NCBI GenBank assembly: GCA_051453625.1
Contig: JBOZIK010000001.1
Span: 37,706,064 to 37,769,784 of the forward strand
Length of the DNA stretch: 63,721 nucleotides
From: Welwitschia mirabilis
Lineage: Eukaryota
Reading direction: 5' to 3'
The first letter of the stretch is position 1; each line of letters opens with the position of its first letter. Under the pieces are notes generated by a model. It did no database searches, was not told the origin of the DNA, and worked only from the letters and a program-made list of their open reading frames with translations. The translations under genes were made by a program, and so were the position numbers. Shown one piece after another: positions 46,737 through 59,880 of the stretch.

Positions 46737-49135
46737 TTAAAATTCAAAGAGATCTCTTTCTAAAATACTCTCGCCTGCACGCGAGAAAACAGGGTGGCGG
46801 GCAACTTGGCCTTTCATCAGAAGCTGCTTTTTCTGCTCCAATTGCACAGAAGCGCACACGGGGAAGTCCCCGGGAGGCGAGTAAACCATCTGCTGCGGTT
46901 CCGGCCCGTCAAGAGTGATAAAAGCCATAGCCATTCCGATAGACATATGGTAATCCAAATGACAGTGCATAAACCAAACGCCGGGATTGTCAGCCACGAA
47001 TCTGATCACTGTCCATCCNNNNNNNNNNNNNNNNNNNNNNNNNNNNNNNNNNNNNNNNNNNNNNNNNNNNNNNNNNNNNNNNNNNNNNNNNNNNNNNNNN
47101 NNNNNNNNNNNNNNNNNNTCCAATGGCACAGAAGCGCACACGGGGAAGTCCCCGGGAGGCGAGTAAACCATCTGCTGCGGCTCCGGCCCGTCAAGAGTGA
47201 TAAAAGCCATAGCCATTCCGATAGACATATGGTAGTCCAAATGACAGTGCATAAACCAAACGCCGGGATTGTCAGCCACGAACCTGATCACTGCCCATCC
47301 CCGCAGGGGCAGATTGAACGTATTCCGCTTCGGCGGGTCGACTAAATTGAAGGTTTTCGGATGATTCACAGGATCGTAGTTGCCGAATCCCCTGCCCACG
47401 ACGTAGAAATCGTGACCGTGCAGATGGAAATTGTGGCTCTCGCCGCCGAAGATGCCGCTCGCCTGCAGAACCAACTGCACAGTGGAATTGAACTCGAGAA
47501 CCCGCACTTTGGTCGCCATTTCGGTGTACGTTACAGGCACGTCGGGGTCCGTGTAATTAAAGATAATCGTGGGCGCGTCTGGGAAATCGTTCGTATAGAC
47601 GCCGTGAATGCCGAAGTAGTAGGCTTCCAGGATCGGAATCTGCGGCAAAACCGTCGAAATATTGTTGATAGCTGAGTAGACTTTTTGGCCGTCGATGCCC
47701 CCGCACTTGATTCCGGGGTCGCAGGGAACGATTCCGGGCATTTCGACGTAGAAGAGATTGGTATTCACAGGATCCTGCGGCACCACGGAGGGATGTTCGG
47801 GTGAGTTCAGACTGCGCAGGGAGCTGAAAAAGGCTTCTCCTTTGTCTGTGTCATGGGCCGCTGGTAGCTCCGGAAAATGCGCCACGGAGGTTAATTCGGA
47901 GGCGTCGGAAGCGCAGGAGTATTCGAAAAGCGCTGTGGCCGTTGTGTTGTCATAGATTTCGTCATCCCGGCTCCAGTAGGCATGCGTGGCCATGTAGTAG
48001 GAGTTTCCGCATCTCTGGTTTGCTTCCAGCAGAGCATCAACTGTTTGGCCCGGATCGATGACGATGTAGTCTGTTTCGAAGGGTTTTGTATAGAGTGCGT
48101 CGACTGCAACTACCGTGAGTCTGTGGTTTGCTATGCCCAGGAAGTTCATCTGGTTGATTCCTGCGTTTATGATTCGCAGAAGAATGCGCTCGCCTTTGCT
48201 CAGCTGTATGCGCGTCATGTTCTCGGAGGAGCACGGCGCGGCGTCGCCGGGCTGTCCGTTGATGGTCAGCGCGTTGGAGAGTTTTGTGGGATCGCCGGTC
48301 AGCATCATCTCGTCCACTACCCTTACTGGGTCGTCGTTCCACCATTCTCCTGTAAAAAACACCGCCGAAAAACGATGAGGGTCCTTTCAGTGTTCTCTGC
48401 AAACGGCCTGTAATGAGTCCGTTTCTGTATCAATTAAGTTTTTGCAGGGGAAGAGTTGTCTTACCGAGAATAATGATTTCTTCGCGCGCAGGATGCGCAT
48501 ATGGAAAGCCTTGGGATTTCTTGGGTAGAATGACGATGGCGCCGTGGACGGTGGCTCGGAGCCAGGACCAATGGGCGTGCCAGAAGAGGGTTCCGCGCTG
48601 ATCTTGGATTTTAAATCTGTAAGTGAAGTTTTGGCCCGGCTGGATCGGACACTGAGTGATGTATGCCGGTCCGTCCGACCAGGGATTGCGCATCTGCTTC
48701 AGTCCGTGCCTGCAACACAAATAACCTCAAAGAATCAGACAACGCTCGCTTCCTCGTTTTTATTGAAGGAAACCAAATATCCGAAGATACCAGTGAATGG
48801 TGGCGTTGTATTTGGCATTGTTGAGAACGTTGACGATGACAAAATCTCCCTCGCGGACTCGGAGGGTCGGGCCGGGGAACTTTCCATTCACTGTAACGGC
48901 GTCCTGGGTTGTGCAGAGTCTCGAGACATTTGTTTGGGCGAGCTGCAAAACCGGCGCAGCGGTATAAGAACGATCAATGTCATGGTAATCAAATGAACAA
49001 AACGAGAACTAGACCAAGAGAAGGAGCACTTACGACCCAGTCGAATCTGCGGACGGCGGCAAAAACGGGCGATATGGAGAAGAGACAAAGCTGCAGCAGG
49101 GAAGCTGCGAGCAGCACTGGCTTCCGCAGACCCAT
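46737..49135 (-). CDS. LAC: Laccase (plant multicopper oxidase), 4 exons; ~609 aa if the gap-flanking duplication is collapsed
   Basis: Exons 49135-49034 (signal peptide [26 protein letters not shown]), 48942-48791, 48709-48465 and 48349-46737, GT-AG and in phase. Copper motifs [38 protein letters not shown]. About 180 bp of the 3' end appear twice around the N gap 47019-47118. Confidence 0.93.
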
Positions 49136-49310
49136 GAAATGCCCAGAGAAGTCCCTCTAATCGATTGAAACTGCTTTCCGAAGTTCACTTGAAGCAAAGC
49201 AATGCAAACAAGGACACCGGATTCTTCCTCAGCAGGCCCGACACTCGTTGCAGTGGGTCTGCTCTCTTGCCTGAGGCAACACAAATGGCATACCTCAATT
49301 AATCCCAGCA

Positions 49311-49318
49311 CTATATAA
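49311..49318 (-). promoter_or_regulatory. Candidate TATA box of the laccase
   Basis: TTATATAG on the minus strand, ~180 bp upstream of the ATG, in otherwise GC-richer sequence. Confidence 0.4.
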
Positions 49319-50091
49319 CGGGATACAGTCCGGAAACATCCTATCAAGTCAGTCAGAGCAAAATCTTTCGCTGTTCCTGCCAACAGGGATGTTTTCTACC
49401 CCAAAACCGTCAAAATTTCAGTGTGTTCGAGTGTTTTGGGCGCCGAATTTGCCGGACGGAGTAACTTTCCTGCCAAATTGAAGGGCATGCACTGTGCGTA
49501 GCGAACGCTGAAGCATGTAACGGCACCTACTTCCTGCTGAAGATCCCTCTCACCTGCTCAGCTGTTCTGCGCCAGACGTATGCTCTTCCAAGTCAAGACG
49601 TGTATTTTCAGTCTACTATTCTAAATTAGACTTTATCACATGTTCTTCTCGAGGTCTAGAAATGTGCTTCTCAAAACATTATATTAAATTAGACTTCAGT
49701 TTCATTTGGAGTTTCAGTTTATTTGATGTTGTAACGGATCTGCAATGCCATCAAAAAAATAAAGTTTAATAAGATATTATTTTGTTGAATAGACGTGTTT
49801 TACGTGACCTAAGAGCTCACGCATCTATGCACCGACAACTTTGACATGTACATGGTCATGACATGGTGGCGGTGTTTCTTGGTGGTTGTTATATTCCAAG
49901 CACACGGAATGGTCACGTGAGCCTTCCCACCTTCCACAAAATTTCCATCCAATAATGTTTTTTTTAATACTAGAGAGAATGAAGGGCATTCTTTAGGGTT
50001 ATATCCTTACGTATAAAATATCCTTGTTAACGTTGATAACTTGGTAAATGCGAATTAATTATGATGCATGTGTGGTTTAGCAAATTAAATA

Positions 50092-52176
50092 CACTAACCC
50101 CTCCACTAACTAGTATTTTTGTTGGACACGGATTTCTATTGTTTGAAAGAGGATATCACTTAAGGTAGGAAGTCAATTAGAGATGATTGGAGAGGAACTG
50201 CACCTTCAAATTTGGGTGTTATCAACAAAATCACTTTGAAAGGGAAACACTTCGTAGATTTTTCATGCTTTTTTTCTATTTTGATTTTTCATTCACAGAG
50301 GATTTTTGCGATGAAAAAGAAGAGATTCACTCTTATGAATGAGCAAATAAAAATTCTTTGTGAATATAGTATACTCAAAAACAATTATAGGATTGCACCA
50401 ACAAGAATTCAAGTTGTACAACAAAGCACAATCTTAGATATTCTTAAAAAAGGATAATTTTATAAGTATGAATTCGAGAAATTTAAGGCTCAAAAGATAA
50501 AGAAATGTCTTGTCCCCTTAGTTAGATATAAGCAAAAGTTAAAAACTTTGTTGCCCTGTTAAATACTCCATCAAATAAAAAAGCTATTTTCCCTAATGAA
50601 TGAATCAATGCATTTCAATTCAAGCATAGTTTCAAGAAGATTAAAACACACGGTGGAAGTGGCTTTATAGATGTTGAAGCATTGAAGAATCCATTCTATC
50701 ATTGCAAAAAGCTTCATATATCTTATGCAAAGTATTTTCATATGGATGAAATTGGATTGTTTTATTCCATGGATCTTGATCATCCCCTTGCTAGTCATTA
50801 GATTGAAGATCACCAAGAAAAAAAAACAAAAAGAAGAAGAAGGAGANNNNNNNNNNNNNNNNNNNNNNNNNNNNNNNNNNNNNNNNNNNNNNNNNNNNGT
50901 TTAACAATTGCTCTTGTTGCAAATGGCAAGGGTTCAAAAAAGCTAAAGTGCCTTTTCATTACACATTATAAAATGCTCTAATGCTTTAAGGAAAAAAAAT
51001 TACAAAAGAATGGGGATTTTATTATGCATATAACAAAAAAGCTTGAATGATTGAATTGATTTTTTAGGATTGGATTCCAAGGCTTGATCTAAAAATGTGA
51101 TTATAAGATCAATACATTCTTCTATTACATCATAATGCATCATTGCATAGTTTGGGAGAATAGTGCTCATTCATGTAGAGATTTTTGTTTGACCTCCAAG
51201 TAGAACTTGTAAAATTCAAGTAAGGGATGAATGAATTATTGCTTTATTTGAGCATCATTACAAAAGAATGCAACTTCAATTTGCTTTAGATAAGTATGAA
51301 GTAGGGAATGAAGGATGAAGTAGGGGAGGAAACAATTTACAAAGTTAATCAGTTACAATACATGCAATGATCTAAAATTGGTTGAAATGCTGTCTCAATA
51401 ATAATAATTAAACATTGTTGGAGGCATATAAAGATTTTGCAAGAAAATAAGAATTATTACTATATTTGCATGTTCCTTTGGAAGACACTAAAGAAAGGTC
51501 AATCCAAATTTCAACCAAAGAAAATAGTATCAAAGATGAGTTAGTCTCTTTATTAAGTGATGAAATGTCTATTGAGGATTTAAATCCTCCAAGCAAGATG
51601 ATGTTCATCAATAATTTATAAATGAAGATTTATTAAAATGGCCATAGGAGAAGAAGAGCATGAAGATGAAGATCTTGAGGTAGATAATAAGCTTCATATA
51701 AATCTTTCAATAAAGAAAAAAACTTGCTTAAATTTGCAATGTCACCAAAATTGTTTATGATATAGTGAATGTTAATTGCCTAGCATTGAAATCTCTTAGT
51801 TAGACAGAAACAAAGCTAAGAGAGCTTCATAAAGAAGAATTGGAAAAGCAAGTTCAAAAGAAGATTGAATGTTATTTTGTTAAAAATTGATACTATCTAG
51901 CTTGTAATTATCCCACTGAAATCTATTTTTCAGAAATAATGCATTTTTCCTTCTTTAGCTTAAAAGTTATTTAAATTCTTTTTTTAAAAAAAAGATCATT
52001 TCATTTTTACATGCAAATCTTCCTTTGTTAATTTATATTCTTGAACTTTTGTATCACTTACTATTTGGTAGAGGTTATAACTTAAATTATAGAGGAAAAA
52101 AGTTAGAAGAATGAAATTTTATCACTTATAAGAGGATCTAGCTTAAGGAGAGGATCATTTAAGAGAGAGTTTACTA
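50092..52176 (+). mobile_element. pogo/Tigger (Lemi1-like) Tc1-mariner DNA transposon, decayed, ~2.1 kb
   Basis: CENP-B-like HTH KKRFTL..QSTILDILKK; DE.GLFY-like; LTIALVANGKGSKKL; YNKKA*M; C-terminal QKKIECYF. Degenerate TIRs TA|CACTAACCCCTC and GAGAGTTTACTA|TA. Confidence 0.75.
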
Positions 52177-52724
52177 TAGTAAAAGGTTACTTAAGGTAAG
52201 TATTTAAATAAAGTTATTTAACTTGAAGAACAATTTGTATACAAAACATTAAGATGCTATTAATAAATGATGAAAACTACGTAATGAAAGTGATATACAA
52301 AGAGTATTAATTGGAATTTAAAAAATCACATGTTGTATAGATATAGGGTTTAGAATTCATGGAAGCTTCTTATAGAATGTGAATGGTGTTAATAGTCTCT
52401 ACAATCATGACTTACGTTTCTTCCAAAATTTTTTACTATGCCTACATATTCACTACATTCCTACATGTTGCTTTAAGTTACAACATTGGGTTTCAAAAAA
52501 CAACGTATCATTATGACTTAAAGGCTGAAGTTGCTAACACTAATACAAGGGTGGAATACCAATGACATGGTAAGATCAATTAGGGAGACTATATTCAATT
52601 AAAAAAATATATAGTGTTGTAGTGCATAATTTTGTAATCCTTTATGTCTTACTCAATCCTGTTAGTTAAAAATAAATATATTGCAAATACAACACACTAG
52701 TATAGATGCGAGTGACCCAAACAT

Positions 52725-53914
52725 TGTAAACCCATTGAAGGCACATGAAAGAAGAAAGAGAATTGATTTCAGAAGAAGTATTATATTATTTTAGCATCTA
52801 AAGAATAATGTAAGAAACAGTGCAATGAAATTCACAAATGCAAATGCAAATGCAATGTATTTTAGATGAACACTTATCCGATTATCAAATCAACTTGTCA
52901 GGAAGATTGGCCTTGTATAACCTAAATCAGCAAAGGAAACTGTCACTTACCAAGATTAACTTAAGCTATTAAGTAAGTCGAATAGAATGTAATACAAGTT
53001 AATTAAAAAATGAACCTAAACTAATATCGTCAACCTTAACAAAGGTTGTCCTTAAGGTTGTCTTTAAGACCTATATTGTAAGTGAAATTGTCACTAAATC
53101 AAGAATTATATAAACCATAAGGGGCATGTAAAGTATTAAATAAATGAAAGAGAAACCAATTTTATTTTAATCAAACCAACATCCTGGTTACAAAGCAGCT
53201 GTACCTCAATGGAGGATGCACATCCTAACACCAAGAAGATGTCTCTCTGTAATGAAAAAGGATGGAACTCTCACCCTTCGATCTCCTATCACAAGAATTT
53301 CCAGTGCATTGAAGATAATAGAAGGATCAAGGGAGAGGTTTATTTATACAAAAAGAAAAGCATAACCATCACTCAATAGTTATGCTGGAAATGTGCTTAA
53401 TCCTAAGAAAGAAACGAATGAAAGTTAGTAAGCCATTTTAGTGTGATCCTAACTATCATGGGGATGACACTGGGGATGATGCCCCATAATAATAGATGAG
53501 TCATTAGATTTTGGCTCCATAGTTAGCCCCGTAGTTGACTCCAAATATGTTGTCATCCTGCATGTAATGGGGACGACATTGGGAATGACACCTCTTTAGA
53601 AAAGAGGACTCATTGGATCTTAGCTCTAGTCCACATCAACATCCCAAATAGCTGCTAAAGTGCTATCATCTTGCCTATTATGGGGATGACAATGGGAATG
53701 ACAATCTTCCTTATTTTTTCTAGCTTAAGAGAAATTAGCCTTTTGCATCATCGATCTTCCTCCAAAGAACTAAGTATCAGAATATATCTGAAATTCCTTT
53801 AAATATTTCAAGAAGTATGTGTTTCCATGATCATTCCATTGAATTTCCATAATCATCAGCATTGCATCTAAACCTATATAAATGTCCTGCAAAATAACTT
53901 ATAATACCTCATCA
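52725..53914 (-). mobile_element. Probable solo LTR, ~1.19 kb
   Basis: TGTAAA..CCTCATCA termini. Flanks AACAT / AATAC differ by two transitions. TATAAATA on the minus strand near 53341-53348. Three ~110-bp internal repeats (atgggga(t/c)gaca at ~53458, 53568, 53680). Confidence 0.5.
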
Positions 53915-55694
53915 AATACACACAATTTGGCAGTGCATAAAGTTAGGAAACAACAACTACTCTTTGTTAGTTTTTATTTATAACTTTAACTATAAAGAAA
54001 CATTTCAATCACTTGTGTTAATAATCTCTGTCTTATTTTTATGTAATATTTCTCTAGTACTAATCCATTTGAAAACAATTTCTATACAGGTGTAAGCATG
54101 ATTAACACTATTCTTAGTAGGTGTTCTACAAATTAAAGTTGCTAAAGTTATAATGATCTCTTAATATTTTTAAATGTTTAATGTGATAGGGTAGTTAAAA
54201 ATTGACTTATTAAACTTCTGAAATGTAATGTAATCAAATGCATATATAATGCAATTTTTCATGGTTCTATAAGTTGACCCTTTTTGTTTTCAGATTCATC
54301 GAGAACTTTAGGTTTTGATTTTTAGATTTTTCTTTTTTTATCATCTAGTAATATCTTAAATTATTGTTATTTTTAATTTTGTTAATTAGATAACATCTTA
54401 TATCATATTTTGTAACCTATATTATAATTTAGCTAGCATATTAGAAAATTTTTTCAACAACTTCTTCTTTCATCACTAACAATTTTGTAGAGTTGTTTTT
54501 ATTGTGAATTTTACCTTTCACATATTAAAAATATTTAGGCAAGATTATGCTTTTAATTCATACCATCTGATAATTTTATTCTAATTTTCTCTTAGCATTT
54601 ATTTGGTTGTAACTATGTTTTAGATTTGAATTTAGTTAAAAAATTAAAGGTTGAGCTAGTCGTTTTAGATTATTTAATAAGCATGAGAGTACTTCAAGGT
54701 AATCATAAGTACTAAGTCTAATATGTTAGAATGAACATCCACTTACCTTATTATTTATTAATTATTTTCTATTATAATTCTAATATTTTAAGATGCTTAA
54801 GAGTATAAATGAAAATAAAAATATGATTAAGATGATGTTTTTATGGCTTGAAAACTACAGATGGGTCACTATACTCAATTACAATACTAGGATATTCAAT
54901 GCTTTAAAAAATGGATTACCCTTTCCCTATAAGTTAATCACCTAANNNNNNNNNNAGTGTTTACAATGTTGTTCTTATGCAACACTAAACTAAGTTTATG
55001 AAGTTACAAAGGAAAAGAAATGAATGAATTAGATAACAAAAATCATTTATTAAAAAATACATACTATGCGAATGAGGTAGTTTTTGTAATTTGATTATCT
55101 AACACTATGTTTGCATAATGTAAAGTATCATCTAAATAAATAATAGCTAGGGCTAAATTAACTTTAATAACAATTCAAATGAATGATGCATATAACTATT
55201 AAGAACATGAATTTGACTAGACAATAAAAAGCAATAGATACAAGGTAATTAAAACAAGCCTATTTTCCTTTATTCCAAGTATAGCCTCCAACCACACATC
55301 CAACGGGACTTTGTAGTAGTCCTCTATCTTACAATACGATTTTATGACAATCCTTAGTGTCCAAGAGAAATAAACTTTACAATAGTCNNNNNNNNNNNNN
55401 NNNNNNNNNNNNNNNNNNNNNNNNNNNNNNNNNNNNNNNNNNNNNNNNNNNNNNNNNNNNNNNNNNNNNNNNNNNNNNNNNNNNNNNNNNNNNNNNNNNN
55501 NNNNNNNNNNTAATAAGAGATTCAATCCTTATATGTGTATGTGCATCTACTTATCAAGTACAATCATGTTATGGTTATATAGAGGATGAATTATAGCCAT
55601 TATAAATCATGATTCTAAGGTACGTGACTTTGAAACCTCAAAAACAGTTAGTTATTCTTCCAAAATAACTTCCTAATGGAGCAAGAATTTACAT

Positions 55695-56012
55695 TAAAAA
55701 TAATACATTTTATGTCTAGTTATAAGTATCGACATGGAAATCAATATTTAGTTTATGATTATAATTGCAATTAAGCTTAATAGCTATGTGTTAGATTATA
55801 TTAGCAACTAGGATATTATAAGAAAATATATTAAAAATACATTTATTATTAGAAATTTAATGTTTATTATGTTATATATTTCTTTGTAGAAATTCATATA
55901 GTAGACTTGGAGGATGATGACAAGTGTCACAATAGCTATTAATAGAGAAAAATATGGCAAGAAGGAAGGAAAATGACTCCATTACATGCAAGAGCCATAT
56001 GGAAAATGGAGG
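55695..56012. repeat. Dispersed repeat; further copies at ~57770-57937 and ~62930-63105
   Basis: tattattagaaatttaatgttta..ttgtagaaattcatata..gactccattacatgcaa..tggagg is shared with 57770-57937. taaaaataatacattttatg and the attattagaaatttaatg segment recur at 62930-63105. Confidence 0.75.
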
Positions 56013-58895
56013 NNNNNNNNNNNNNNNNNNNNNNNNNNNNNNNNNNNNNNNNNNNNNNNNNNNNNNNNNNNNNNNNNNNNCTACTTAAATAAAGGAGGAT
56101 TTATTATTCACTCTTATACAAGTGTCTCCATTTTACTACCTAAGAAATAGTGTAAATATAACCTATAACTACCATTATAGGGATCTTGTGACACATTTAC
56201 ATAACATATAGGAATGGTAGCAAGCCCTAGAATTAATCTTGGAATAATCTTCTTTATTTCAGCTATGGCCTACAAAGGAAACACTATTTGTAATTAGTTT
56301 ATTTGTCATANNNNNNNNNNNNNNNNNNNNNNNNNNNNNNNNNNNNNNNNNNNNNNNNNNNNNNNNNNNNNNNNNNNNNNNNNNNNNNNNNNNNNNNNNN
56401 NNNNNNNNNNTTTCTTTACTAGTTTTGAACCTACTTTCTGATGTTGCTTACCACTCTGTGCTTTTTGAACCCTCTACGTTGGCATTCTGTCACCCCTAGC
56501 ATGGAGCACTGCACCTAATTTATCATACCAATATTACCATCCCATCTCAAGTTGCAGGTTTAAACAACTCACAAAATGCAATGCTAGTATCAGTTACAGG
56601 TTTAAGCATTTATTAGAGACATTAATTAATAAGTTCATAGTAGAATAATGCAAGTAGCAGTAGTAACTAAAAAATTAAATTATTGTTAATGCATACTTAT
56701 TAATTTTCTTTTTATTTGGAATTGGATAATACATAGTACTTCATAGGCCACTAGGTAATAGGGGAAATTATAAACTAGAAGTAACAATAGTGAAACTACA
56801 CTATTTGGAATTGGAATTAATCCCTCTTCTTTAGTATAGTTACTTTTACCTTTTAATTTAATAATTATATTTGTTTAAAATTTGATGCCTCTAAAATGTT
56901 AGAATGATGTCGAAGACATTACCTTAAAAACAAAAGTAATTCAAAACGTAAATGTCATGTTGACTATAGACTTATGTGGAGTATGCCTTTTCATACTATT
57001 CTAAGTGTCCATCTTCACATCTTTATCATTTTAAAGTACATGTTTTTATTAAGAGTAAGGCCCTCAAAATAAAACTACAATAGGATCACTAAAAAATTAA
57101 AAAAAAAATCTAGCATTAATTAAAAATGCTATGTTGTGAGTACAATGCTATATATGAAAAAACATAGAAAATTAATACATTTATGTTTTTCTTACTTTAT
57201 ACTAAAATCTCAAAATGTTTAAGTTATTTATTACTTGTGAATGTCATAATGAAAAGTATATGAACACATTAGAACATACAAAGTTGGAAGAAATGAATGT
57301 ATTATTTGATTGCAACTTTAAATTTCTTTTAATATGTTAAGCTTTTTATTATTAGAAATTTGGAAATACCATTATTTGAATCCTTAATCTTTTTTCATGG
57401 ACATATGCAATCAAAAAATCATGTTATACATTATGACTTGAAATTTTAAAAGATAGTTTACCAATGTGATACAACAAGTATTTAGAAAACGGTGCAAATT
57501 ATATTATAATCAGGTAAGATATGACAAACTGAATTCTAGGTACTATTTTAAGAATTCGATTATTTTCTAGAGACTAGAAAAACTTGGATTTGGAAAAAAT
57601 TGATGGATTAAATATTTACATTATAAATAATATATTTTATGCATAATTACAAGTTATGAACATAAGAATCCATACTTACTTTATAAAAATAATTGTAATT
57701 ATGTTTCATAGTTTTATGTTAGATAAAATTAGCATTTAGAGTATCAAAGTAAATTATGTTATAAATAAATATATTATTAGAAATTTAATGTTTAGTATGT
57801 TTATATTGCTTTGTAGAAATTCATATAATAGACTTAAAATGATGAGAAGTATCACCATAGCTATTAATAGAGAACGATATGACAAGAAGGAAGGAGAATG
57901 ACTCCATTACATGCAAATGCCACATGGAAAGTGGAGGAAAATCTAGAAATCAAGGCAAAACCTATTTTAACTACTATAAATTCATGTATAATGTGTGATA
58001 TTGTACTCCATAAATATAAGAAGAGCTATTATTCATTCTTGTACTAGTATATGAATACAAACTAAAGATACCGTTTGGGAATCTTTTGGTACACTTCGTA
58101 TAACATCCAAGAATGATTGCAAGCCTTGGGATCAACTTTGGAGTACTCTTCTTCATTTTAGTTGTGTCATACAAAGAAAATACTATTCAAAATTAGATTA
58201 TTTTTCATAATATAAGCATTTTATTTTTGAAAAGAATTATGTTTGTGTTATGATTTCATTACAGTATTTATTTCATATTGCAAAACTAAGAGCTTACCTT
58301 TTAGAATGTTATGTTATGTTGTTTGCAAATTGAGGAGATTTTGAGCTATTATATTACTCGAAAAAGTAATGTTATATTCTCTTTTACTCCTAGGTAGGTA
58401 TTAGGATACAATAGTGCTTAGAAATAGTTTCAATCCAGAATTATTTTGCTATTGTTCTTACATTACAAAATCCTCTAGTCTTATATTTTATGTGCATAAC
58501 TAGTTAGGCAAATTAATAACGTACTTTTTTATTCTAAGAAATGATCTTGAAAGGTCTTATAGAAGTATTAGTTTCTACAAAAGGATTTTTAGTGATCTAA
58601 ATAAAAAATTTAAATAAAGTGAATACTTCATAGTAAAATAGGTCCTTTAAGATCTTCTATTAAATAAAATATATGTATGATGAATTTGTGAGATTAGGGT
58701 TACAATAATACACAATATTCCATGCTTTTATCTATTTTTGCTACACAGTTATACATAAATAATCTTAATACCATATCTCATCATTTCATGATATAAGGAG
58801 GACAAGTCTTTAAGTTATCTAGACCTTATTGGAGTCTGTATAGGATAGTTTAAAGTTTTTATAGTTGTTGTTTGATATTTAATTATAAAAACAAA

Positions 58896-59880
58896 ATGTC
58901 ATGTAGTCGAACTCTTAATGAAATAGATTTTGAAAATTTTTGTGCTGAGATAATTCCATCTTTATTTGAAAAAATATTAGATAAAGTCTTACCAAAATTA
59001 AGAAATAATTTTGAATTAAAATGAGTAAATGTACCAAATGTTTTGGGAACAACAAATGATATGACATTCTTGATTGAATATTTGTATTGAGAAGATAATC
59101 AAGGTTTATGTTCTTTATCTGATGAACAATTAAGTGAACATTTTATAGACCAAATAGATACTTATCTAAAAATAGAAGAAAAGCAAGAAAAATAAGAAGA
59201 TGTTATATCTACATTCTAGATAACCTTAATGATGATGAAGGAGATGAGGTTTTCACAATAAAAGAATCTAATGATTGTCAACTAGAAATTTATATCACTA
59301 GAAAATATCAAAACTAGAGTAAAATTTGACTAGAAATGAAAAATGATAAAGTAGAATGTGAAAAATATCTATATGAATTAAGCATATTTAAAAAGGAATG
59401 TAACAACCAAAATGAAATATGTTTATCATCTAAATTAGAGGAGGTTGAATAACTAGTTAAAAGGAAAGGAAAGATGAAATAAACGATAATTCCTTATAGG
59501 ATATAAAAGAGAACTTTATAAATACTCCTATGAATCCCATCCCAATAAAGAATATACTTCATAACGTTGAAAATAATGAGTAAGAAATAATGGAAAAAGA
59601 TTTATACAAGTGCCAAACATTAGGAAATAAGAAAAATTAAAATAATGATATTGAGAAATACTTTTAAACACTCAAATATTTTGTAGAATGATTTATGCAT
59701 TACAATGAAGAAAATTTTTTTATAGATATAATCCTAAAATGATAAAATCATTAATAAATGAAATCATAAATATATTAGAAGGTACAAATATAAAATTAAA
59801 ATATATAATTGAAGTAAGTCTTTTTAATGACATACATAGAATTAAAATGAAAGTTTTACTTCAAAAGGAAGAAAAACCAT
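58896..59880 (+). pseudogene. Unidentified decayed ORF, E/K/N/I-rich
   Basis: AAAATG start, MSCSRTLNEIDFENFCAEIIPSLFEKILDKVLPKL.., continuing through scattered stops and frameshifts. No recognisable motif. Confidence 0.3.

Noticed and set aside
48151-48171. miR397 target site at the usual LRIINA position
   Set aside because: CATAAACGCAGGAATCAACCA differs at 6 of 21 positions from the canonical target as I recall it (CATCAACGCTGCACTCAATGA), including the seed-pairing end.
46794-49160. Plus-strand ORFs over the laccase
   Set aside because: Antisense shadows of a GC-rich coding region.
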